A stretch of DNA of 64,000 nucleotides, from the NCBI GenBank assembly GCA_964106915.2, contig OZ066915.1; one strand, written 5' to 3'. Positions 1-11,100 of this stretch are shown here, piece after piece (positions within the stretch are counted from its first letter, which is position 1; each line of letters opens with the position of its first letter). A program made the position numbers and the translations under genes. This stretch comes from Podarcis gaigeae. Taxonomy: Eukaryota. Under the pieces are notes generated by a model. The model had not been told where the DNA came from, ran no database searches, and saw only the letters and a list, made by a program, of their open reading frames with translations.

Positions 1-634
1 TTCATAGACAGGAGACTTTCCTAATGTTCTGGAGTATCAATTCCATTAGCAAAAGTTTTGAAGGCCAAAAGACTAGCTATTTTCTTATACTGGCATACTC
101 ATATTATGAAACATATAGCCCACCTTTCCACTGAATATGATTCAGGTAGCTAACAACAATAAAATAAACAAATGCAAAAATGCCATCACATAACGGAAAT
201 GCGAGACAGCTTTTGGAGACACCACTCACCACTCCAGGAGCATTACCAGAGCCCAAGCATTTGAGGGGCTGACTGGCTGAGTCAGAATTGCAAGTTATTT
301 ACAAATGTTTTCTATTCATGCTTCTTTCCCTACTAGTAACTTGGGCGGGGGGAGGAAATAAAGAAATATATATGGCAATGGATCCTGTAAAGGACAAAGC
401 AGGGGGGGGGGGGAATGGGTTGAAGGAGAGAAAGGAAAGTAAAAGAAGTGAATGTAATATATGTTAAATTACTATCCCAAATAATATCACCAAATATGAC
501 TTGTCTATTATTAGGATAGGTTCAGAAAACAGACTGTCTCTTGGTATAAGCCATTAACACAGCCTGCATCAGAGCATGAAACATGCCTCTCTCCTTCCCA
601 TCATCCTTTCTGTTGCTTTCCAACTCCTGACTGA

Positions 635-810
635 AATTGGAACAGGAAGTGATTTTGGAGGGGCGTATGAAAACAGGAAGTGACTTCAGGAAACTGGGAA
701 CCATTTGTTTGTTCTTTAGCCTGCATCACTATTATGCACGCGTGTTTGGTAACTGACATTGTCACCTAGAACAGGAAACTAGTCATAGAAAAGCACACAT
801 GACTCTGGCA
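635..810. promoter_or_regulatory. Candidate endothelial enhancer (FOX:ETS cluster) in FLT4 intron 11
   Basis: AACAGGAAGT (641), AAAACAGGAAGT (670), CAGGAAA (687), TGGGAA (695), CATTTGTTTGTT (702), CACGCG (737), CATTGT (757) and AACAGGAAA (770), all within ~140 bp. Confidence 0.65.
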
Positions 811-2043
811 TTTATACAGGGGGGATGGAAAGAAACAGCCTTTAAATGCCAGCTAGTCATGCATCAGGACTGGAGAGAAAGAAAAAAAATCATTCCAGAA
901 AGGAAATATAGTGTAATGTCCAATGGAACCTCTCACACTTCAAAGCAACACTTCATACACTTGGATCCACATATTTGTACTGGGATAGTGTACAGGGCCA
1001 AACTGTTCATAATGGCCCATTGAGTCTGGTAGTTGAATCGAGAGAAAGTAGGGGGCAGGTGAGTGGGGTGACTGAAAACACAGCATAAGCAAGATGGAAG
1101 AGTTGGACTCTTGTTGCCTATGTTTTTTACCCCTTAAATGTCCTACCTCAGCTGTCCCACCATCCCTGAGTGGCTTTATGAAATTCCAACCAGGAGAAAA
1201 ATGGCTGAAGCACAGTAGTTTGGGGGCAAAAAATAAGGATAGGAAAAGGGTTCTCCCTGCCATTCCACCTCAAGTTCTCAATTCCAATTCCCACCCACCC
1301 CTTATATTTAGCAGGACCAAGGTGGTTCTGCCACTGTGACATCAAATTTAATTTTCAGCAGTTTCACTGAATCTAGCTTAATGTGGGACAAAGTGTAGTT
1401 TAATAATCAGAATGCTGGCCTGAGTCTTAAAAACAGTTGTGATATATATTCTTATGGAATTGAGTTTGGAATGAATATTGTTGGGCATCTCAAATTTAGA
1501 TCATTATGATCACTGTCTCTAGTATTCCTTCCTTTGCATATTCATACAACGTTTGCCCCCAAATTTGCCAGTGCCATTCACATAAATCTGGTGAATTCTT
1601 AACCTTTGAGTAACGTCAGCCATATTAGGTGTACATGACAGCTATGGAAGTTTCACACTCTGCAGCCTTCATTTCTTCAGAGTCCTCCCCCCCCCCCGCA
1701 TTGTGAACTATTTTTTATTTCATGTGAATGTATTCAGAAATGTCAGTCTTCACATTTTATACCTCTCTCAAGTATCATAATTGGTAGTAAGGATCTTAAC
1801 AGGTTATCCAAAACTGGCTTTGGTTTTTCATATAAAGGTATAGATAAGACAAAAACTGATTACTAAATGTGTAATCATTTAGCTGCATAAAACTGACCAC
1901 ATGATGGAAGTCAACTCACAGTTTGGCTTCATGCTGCAAAATCAGCTAAAACAGTTTGGCCTTAGAAGGCTCCGTCTCATGAGCTCGAGGTGCTTCTACC
2001 TCTTTCCAACGCAGAAAGGACAAAGAGAAACATGTGTCCTCAC

Positions 2044-2185
2044 CTTGTTCCTTCCTTCCACAAACTCTGTCCAGGTGTCAATGCTTTCAATGGCATTCAC
2101 AGCATCCAGCTGCGACACATCCTTCCAGTCCTTACACTCGGGCATCCGGTCTCGCTGATGGCGCCGGACAGTCCTCCTCCTGCTC
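2044..2185 (-). CDS. FLT4: FLT4 exon 11 ([47 protein letters not shown])
   Basis: The first AG after the pyrimidine tract (aaatag|) gives 142 nt; AAG|gtgag donor. The exact acceptor is ambiguous among tandem NAGs. Confidence 0.93.
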
Positions 2186-5100
2186 CTATTTATCCAGAAG
2201 CCATGAAAGAAGAAGAGACAGAGAGAAACAGGAGATTTGGTTAGCCAATAAAAGACGTTACTGGGAAGATTACAGGGCATTAACATACAATGCTGCCTCT
2301 AATATAATTAGGAGGAGAGGGAAAATGCCTAAGGGGGAGCACGAGGGGGCATTATAAAACATTGCATGGTACAGAGAAAACGGATAAAGAGAAAATGTTC
2401 TCCCTCTCCCACAGTATGAGAAATCAAGGATCGCCAGTGATAGCAAGAGAGTCAGAAGAGATGGAATATAAGCACTTCTCTTAATGTAGTGAACAATTCG
2501 CTCTATTTCATGTGGTGATAACCACTAGCTTAGATTGCTTTAAAAAGGGGTAAAAAATGAAAGGATATTTCATATACAGCTATCAGATTGTTATATGGAG
2601 CCAGCAGCAGTTGGTGGGGTGGTAAGGTCCAGAAAGCTCAAGGTTGTGCAGGCAGGGTGATGTGTGGCAAGAGCACTGGACTGGCTCCTTTGCCATGCCT
2701 GCACAGTTAAGCTCCCTGCACCTTGCCCCTCCCTCTGCCTGGAACCTTGACCAGATGGGGTGCCAGTGTCTGGGGAGCAAAAGCAGGAGAAGAATATAGC
2801 CTTCATGCCATGCTGTGTGGATGTGCGTGTTAGATATATGGTGTGCACACAACCTGAAAGAGTTTTTAATGTGGGATGTCAGGGGATTGATATGCATCTA
2901 AGGGACACTGACTGAGAGTTAAGAGAGAGTATGCTACAGGGTGTGGCATCCTGCAACATGTGTCAGAAGGTGTCTGCTGGAAAGTCGGGTTCAAATGTAA
3001 TGCAATGTGGGTACCTGGATAAAGTGTCTGCACTGCTGTGTATGCAGTAGACCAGGTATGGACAACTGGTGGCCCAAAACATTTCTGAGAGTGTTGGATA
3101 GTTCTGGCACCCAAATTAACATCTGGCAGATAGTGTGCTCCTCTGCCCAAACAACATGCCTTCATTAGAGAAGATGAGGGGACAGATGTTTAGCACACTT
3201 AGTGTACCATAACAAGGGTGAGAATCTGCTTAAACAACAGGAAATCATGATGCATCCTCTGAAGCTGGGATAAGCATAAAGATTGTGGCCTTGGAGACAG
3301 TGCTAATAATTCAACAACTCCTCTCCTTCCTGACAAGGCCACAAAGCATTCTGATGGGACTGGAAATGCCCTTGTTTCCTCAGCCAGTCAAACAGTACAT
3401 TTACGGCATAAGTATTTTTATAGATGCCCCACTTCCTCCTGGGTCAATAATGCTTCCCTGTCACATTCCTCTCTATCTTAGAGGCCTCTTTCTATCTTTC
3501 TTTCTCAATAATAATAGACCTTTGCTGTAAAATGTCCTGCCAGCAGTACCCAAAGAAACAGGAGGCAGCTTGTCTCCTGCACAATAACCATTCAGACAGA
3601 GATAGAGGTCATATAAATTGTCCTTGTTTCTAAGGGCAGTTCCACAACTACTTTCGCCACATCCAGAGTCTGTCACACCTGGTCAAACAGGGCCTCCATG
3701 AGGAAAAGAACCTCTAGCACTACTGCCTCTTCCAAACTGGTGCATGCTGAATACTACTGCAAATCACCACAAGCTTCTCCAGTCAACCAGCAAGAGAAAA
3801 AGGAAAATTATGGGGCACCCACAAGAGATGCAGGTGGCGCTGTGGTCTAAACCACAGAGCCTAGGGCTTGCCGATCGGAAGGTCGGTGGTTCAAATCCCC
3901 GTGACGGGGTGAACTCCTGTTGCTCAGTCCCAGCTCCTGTCAACCTAGCAGTTCAAAAGCACGTCAAGCGCAAGTAGATAAATAGGTACCGCTTCCGTGG
4001 GAAGGTAAACGGCTTTTCCATGTGCTGCTCTGGCCACATGACCCGGAAAAACTGTCTGTGGACAAACGTCAGCTCCCTCGGCCAGTAAAGCATAGCTGTC
4101 AAGTGTCCCTTATTTGAAGGGACAGTCCCTTATTCCAGCGCCATATCCCGCTGCTGTCCCTTATTGATAGATGTCCCTTAAATGTCCCTTAAATGATGTC
4201 CCTTAAATTTCAAAGGAAGCAGCTCCTCCCCTCCCTCCCTGCCGGCCAGGGAGGAAGGAGGCTCCAACTGTGTTGCTTGGCTGTGTTGCTCACCCAATAA
4301 GAAGTCTAAGAACGACTGGGGGTGTGTGGAGCTAGCATGCCTTGTGTGTGGCTAGTTAATGCAAGCTGAGGGGTTTTTTTGAATGCTGGACGCCATTTTG
4401 TTGCACGGGTTGCTGCAAACTTTGCAGTGCAAAGCCATCTTAAGTTGAGGCTGCATAGGCCTTGTGCATGTGATTCAGATTCTATTCAGTTAAACCTCTG
4501 GTTACAAAGTTGGTTGGACAGTGTTCTCGAAGCTACCAGCATGAGTTTGACCAGACTGCAGGAGGACAGGAAGACTGGAACAGGTGAGGCTGCAGGTCCC
4601 TTATTTTGGCTGCTGGTCCCTTATTTTCAAATCCGTAAGTTGACAGCTATGCAGTAAAGTGAGATGAGCGCCGCAACCCCATAGTCGTTCACAACTGGAC
4701 TTAACTGTCAGGGGTCCTTTACCTTTTTAGCAGCCTCCACAGCTCTTTGGGCTACATTGCTTGGGACAGGGAAAATAAGCACCCTGCATCTCACCCAGTT
4801 GAAGCACAGATACTAAACAGTCTGGGAGAAAACAAGCAGTTCAAGCCTTTCTTAGCAAGCTGCCCAGGTTTCCTTGGAGACAGGCCTACTTCACATTCTC
4901 AGAACCGTTGCACTAAGGGGTTTGTTTTGGAGTTAAAATGCTGAAGGCCAGTAAAATTCTCATTTATTAAATGGCTGCTGCCCTATGTTTCAATTCTGTG
5001 TTAATGTTTCCAAGAACTGTTTCCCTCCACACAGTCGAAACAAAGTGGACCACTTTGTTTCGTATTCTTGTTCTCTCTTTCTCTCACACATTATTCTTCT

Positions 5101-8100
5101 CCCAATCTAATGGGCTTTTTTAATCTCTCTGCTTCTTGATGTAGTCACAGGCATCTTGGAGTCCAAAACTTTTTATGAGTCTTCCTATCACTTAGTATCA
5201 TAAGAGCTCCATACATTCTGCCTTATGACTTTAACTTGCGTGAATCTGCTACTTCTACATTCACTCAGCTTTTACTCAAGCTTCATCGTCACTTTGAATC
5301 AAATATGATCTTGGGGTCACACAGAGGCATAGTGTGTGGGGAGCATGGCCCTGGGCACAGTTTTGAGAGGGGCATGACTAGGCGCCCCTCCCAGACTCCC
5401 TTACTGGGCCTGGCTCCAGCTCCTGGGCCAGGTCTGACCCGGGAGGCGGAGAGAAGGAGGATAGTCACAGCAGCAGTGTTGCTGCCCCTCTCCTCGGCCG
5501 GGCAGTGCTGTGTGAGGATGCTGCCAAGGCAGCATTATCATGCCTGGCTGGGCGCAGCAGGCTCCCACCGCCCCTGCCCCCTTAGGGCATGCCCTATGCA
5601 CCCAATTTAGGTGGCAGGAGCGTATGTTCCACTGCTGGGGTAACATACTGTTCAGTCATTTTTGCAGGCTTTCACACTTTACTTTGACAGATTTGCGATT
5701 TCAAGCTTCTGCCTTTGTGGAATTTATTGAAGTAACATAACTTCTTTGTGTGGGATAACCAGCCTCACATAACCAATGTGCTTAAGTCTGATTAACACAC
5801 GAAGGGGTTAATACCATAGAGTAAGCTGTTTTGCCAGGCTTAGTTATGCCCACTTCCCCTCACCTTGGGAGGAACTAGGTAATCAAGCCTATCGTTTCTT
5901 CCTAGTCTGTGGGAGAAGCTCAGCATGTGAAGAGGCTAAGCTGGTTGCTCCAACTTAGCCACATGGCTCTAACAAGCCATTCTTGAGTTCCTATACCAAT
6001 AATTTGGGAACTTTCACTACTGTAACTAATCCAGGTTTTACTGCCTGTGCAGCTTTTTCTGTACTTGCCCCAAACTTGGATTTTGGCATCTAGGGAATTC
6101 TTTATACAGTATACCCTTTTTTTTCATTGTGCCAACACTTTGGGATCCAAACATATTCTTATCTAGTTTTATTTTCAACAACCACTGGATCATCTCACTC
6201 TGCATTCTGACTATTAAAAAAACCCCTTTATCTATTAGCACTACTAGAACCTTCTGAGGTGCATGAATTATACAGCATTACTCATATAGATTTGTTTTTA
6301 TGAGATATTGTTCTGGTAAGCAACAAGGGCATTGAAACACATCTTTGTAAAACTTTGTATCAGACTCCCATCGATCTTTCTAAGTCTGTTTCTGTTAAAT
6401 AGAGTATTAAACGCCTTAGATGCCACTTCCTACCTAGACATTTTCTGGCAGCTACATAAATTTTCTGCAGGAAAAACCCACACACATTGAAAACCTCACA
6501 ACTCTGCCATTGTAATAATTTCTGCCTTCATTGTCCCTGCAGACAAGCAGCAGGCAAGTTTTGAGTTCTGCCACTAGCATGCTCAGAAACAAATCTCTTG
6601 AAGAGGCTAACAAATCTCTACAGCTTCCTAAGATGGTGCAAACTGCACCAGGCAAAGCAGCTTTGGTTTGATAAATGTCTGTGAAGACTGAAGAGCCACT
6701 TATTTATAGGTGATTCTTCATGTTAGACCACTGCATTTCTCGTTCTTTTTCTGTCAAATGGCTGAGCTGAGTCCACTTTACAAATTGCCTTTTCATGCAG
6801 CTGCTGGCCTGTTCATGTTTGTGAACAATTGCTTCTCAGCTCTACTTTAAACTAGGCCTAGATCCTAACAAGTTTTCAGACACGGAAGGGCCAAACTTGA
6901 AATTGATGCAGGAGTTATGGGCTCAGGTTCCCCAGCTTTTAAAAATATTTAAAAGTAGCCACAGGGCCCCTCATTCAGATTGTCACTGCCATGTTGTGGG
7001 GAAATTGTTTTGCTTTTTAACACCCCTGTGCCTGCATTACATTTCCCTGATTTAAATCAACTCTGAGGGCAAAAATGTACATCTACCCATACAGTACTGC
7101 TATGTTCTCCCTTCCCAAACACAGCAGTTTCAATCCAAATATGAGCCCTCTGTAGCTGCTTGTTTTTATTTGGAAAAATGAGACATCCAGTTCTTGAATC
7201 TCCCATGGCATGCCTAGTTTGGACCTAAGCCAATAGTTCAGTCCTCAGTGGCCAGAGAAATCAAAGAAAAAGCACTAGCAGGATAATTCTATGCAGGAGT
7301 AATCAGCAACATTTTTACATATTCAACACCAGAAGAAAAACCTGTCTAAACCCCTGCTCTTAACCCTGCTCCTTTGTGTTGCTCTGTGAGAAATCTAAAA
7401 TGCACCCCCATGGCACAATTAGTTGCTAGAGAAGCATGGAATCTCTTTTCCAGTAGTCAGGATTCATGCCACCCCAGTCACACCCATAAGGAGGGAGAAT
7501 TTTGTGGGCCAAATGAATAGCCCCCTCTCTTGGGACTAGAAGATGCAGGCAGGAGGGTAAACCTCATTGTCTGCTCCACTCATATGAATAAAAAACTGAT
7601 GCTCTTGCACAAGGACCACCATTTGTACTTTCACCTACAGATGCTGGACAATAATACCTCTCTGAGATCAAGGTGATAATACCAGCTTATTATGACATTT
7701 GAATTAGGTCTTATTCATAGGTTTTAAAGTGAAGGAACAGCTGCATTTAGCTCCTGGCCAACATTATTTATGGCATGCCCTTCAAATGGACAGGTACTCA
7801 CACCACTCTCCATGCCACTACAAATGTTCTCCAAAAGGCAGTGTGGATAAATATTGTCCTGTAAGTGCAAGAAGCCACTGCACACAAATGGCTTCATTTC
7901 TATTACTGTAAGTTGTTTTAATCCATTTTTAACATTGTGTTTTAATTGTTGTAGCCTGTCCTGGCACCTTAAAGTGAAGGGTAGGCAAGTAACAGCAGCA
8001 ACAGCAACAGCAACAGCAACAGTTAGCAACAGCAACACGGAGGCTACCCATTTTGATTTGGGTCCAAATCCAAATTTGTAAGGAACAAATAGGAAAACAA

Positions 8101-11100
8101 AAAACAGTTTCATTTTTAATGGACTTGCATTAAATTTCAAGGCTTAGTGGATAAAGCCTGCCAAATAGTTCCATTAGTTTTTGTACTAGGCACCTTTAAA
8201 AACAAAACCAGAATTGTCTACAATTATTTTACCTTTTGGCAGAAGTGTATGAAATTTGCTCTCTTGTTTGCCTTTTCTGAGAGGATGTACTCTGGCACTT
8301 TTTAATCTAGCCATAGTGGTTTTCCTGCAAGTGGTTTTCCATTTTAGGATGGTCAAAAAAGAAATCACTTAAGTTCCCCTCTTATTTTGTATGCAATCTG
8401 TATGCAAATAGCATACACCAGACAGCCCCCTCTTTGTAAGAAACCTGCCAAAATACAAAATGTTTTTTTGTGCTGGGTGCTTTTTGAGGATGGGAAGAAC
8501 TAAAAGGAATTTGCTTCTCTCCCTCTGGTTTTGTGGGCAACTATTTTATTATGAAAATGGCATACTTTCCTAGGGACACCTCTACAACATAACCAGCAAT
8601 ATTTTAAATATCCAAATAACTGAAGTGCCCTAAATCCCACTTCGGTTTGGGGCATACTGAAGAGATACCACTTTAGCTCGGAGATGCCTGAAATCTGTCC
8701 GAAGTAGCCCGCTTTGGCATTCATCCAATGCACATCCCTAGTGACCCTCTTGCGGTGACCATCTCATATGCATTTGCATGAAGAAACATGCCAAGGTCTT
8801 CCTCCCTTGCTGCAGCATCAAGAACACGGCAAAGATCAAAGGAGGCCAGTCACTTACAGATTGTGACGGGAGAACATTGGGCAGGGTGTCCAAGGCCTCC
8901 ACTGCCACTGGATCTTCTCTGGTGCTGGGATGCCATACACAGTGCAGGTGAGCACCTGTCGGCTTTTACGGGAATAGATGTTGGGTGAAGTTGCTTCTTT
9001 CTCATGGATTTGTGGAGGAACTGAAATAAGAAGAATATTGATGTATCAGCCTTGTAAGTAATAACTGTTCTGGGATGGTTGCCTCTGCTGCTCTCTCTGC
9101 CAATAATCACCCACACTATCTCCGTCAATCTTCTCCCTCCCCTCCCAACCTCGTGTTGCTGCTGTGTAGTAGTAGTAATTATACTCCTTCCTCTCCCTTA
9201 GAATTGCTCTAGGTCCCAGCAGCACTGATGTCACTGCAGCTTACCTGGGCAGGGCTGGAGTGGGGCAGCAATGTCAGGGTGGGATCACCTGATTGGTTCA
9301 GCTGGTGCTCCTGTACAGCCTCAACCTCACCAGTGCCGTGTTCTGTCCAAAAGTGCCTCACCCAGTGTGGTGGAGCTGCAACACTAGCTTCCCAGCAGCA
9401 AGGTTGTTGCTGCTTACCAGGCGAGAGTGGGGAAGGGGTGGGGAGGTTCCATACAGGTAAGGTGCAATGTAAGTGATACAGGCATTGTGAGGGTGGATCT
9501 GCAGCTCCACCCCACCCCACCCCACAGGCCAATGCTGGTGCTGCCTTCTATTAAGCAGGATAGCACTATGGAGGCAGTGTACATTGGTCTTTCCCTGTCC
9601 CTGTTGGAAGTCATTGTTTTGAGGAAGAGAATGACACATCATTGCTTGAGGGCAACTGTTACAGGAGAGCAAGCAAATGCTGAACTACCAGCAGGTAATG
9701 TACAATTACCTGGCACACCTCTCATTTAAGAAATTATGTACTAAATGCAATGGATAAAATAACCTGAGCATAAGCTATGGGTGCATTTAGAGTACGGCTG
9801 GGTGGGCGTCAGGCTTGCGAGATCTACTTTGTTTTCTACTACAACATCAAGGACCACCAACCAGAACCAGGTGCAAATTAGTGGATCAGGTACGTGGATG
9901 TAAGTTCAGAATTAAGGAACAAGGAGCCTCTGAGCACATGCTCAGTCTAGGAATGAATGAGCAGTTCCCATAACCAAGCTCACAAGTCCTTCGCACAAAA
10001 CACCCATTCATTGGGTGGAATTCAATACTGCACTATTATAGACTTCCAAGTGTGCAAGCAATTCAGCTTGCCGAATGACCCCCCTCTTCTCCCTCGGTGT
10101 GCTGTTCTTGGGAGTTCTCCAGCCCCAAGTTCATGGTGGGTGGGAGGAGAGGTGGGGAAGTCCCATTGCACAGGTAAAAGTCCTTGTTCAGGGCTTCTGC
10201 TGACAGGGATTGTTAGGAGAATCCTGCTCCTGGTGTTCTTTTTCAACTAATTTGGTGCATGGGGGTGAGGGTGTGCAGAGTTTAAACTGTTGCTATTGTT
10301 AGACAGCTGGGAATCAGAAGCCCTTGCTGATCTACTGCAAATCATCCAAAGGTCTGACATTAGATCCCAATCTACCTTCTGCCCAATCCTAATTTAAAAC
10401 ACTGGGAAGTTATTTTCTTCCTCTATAAACACTACAGTGATGTGACTGCCAGGCATGTTATGGATGCTGGACTAGCTCCAGGAAAACTCACTTATTGCAA
10501 TTCTTTCTTGTGCATTGATATCATGGAGTCACAAGACTGCAGATCCTTTGGTAGCCTGAATGAGGACCCTCCCCAATTTTACTCCTCATACCCCTCCCAC
10601 ATTCCACTCTCCTGTCTGCTGCTATTGAGGGCCAAATACAGGGGTCAGCAACCTTTTTCAGACGTGGGCTGGTCCACCGTCCCTCAGACCATGTGGGGGG
10701 CCGGACTATATTTTGATTTTAAAAAATGAACGAATTTCCATGCCCCACAAATAACCCAAAGATACATTTTAAATAAAAGGACACATTCTACTCATGTAAA
10801 AACATGCTGATTCCCGGACCATCCGTGGGCCAGATTGAGAAGGCGATTGGGCCGCATCCGGCCCCCAGGCCTTAGGTTGCCTACCCCTGGCCAAATACAA
10901 TGAGACCCAGACTGGTGGTGCTGAATCCCTACAAAGCAGAGAAGGGCGGGGAGGGGGGATTTAATGTGCAGGATGGGGGGGAAGTGAAATTGTTTTTCCC
11001 ACCTCCAAATTACATTTTAGCCTTTCCTTGGCAATGGTAACAAAGCCCCAATGAAAGAGAACTTTGTTTAGAATGCAGTGTCAGTGGGAGTGGGAACATG

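Noticed and set aside
1-2043. FLT4 exon 12 (TVSKL...)
   Set aside because: No matching coding segment found; it must lie beyond the left edge.
4100-4210. Short spaced GTCCCTTA repeats as a CRISPR-like array
   Set aside because: Eukaryotic context, 8-bp motifs with irregular spacing inside a TIR element; these are transposon subterminal repeats.
5322-5634. Possible hAT element with an 11-bp flanking repeat
   Set aside because: TIRs and TSD are too degenerate to call.
7724-8140. 138-aa ORF with a VAVAVA hydrophobic run
   Set aside because: Translation of the (GCAACA)n microsatellite and a repeat tail.
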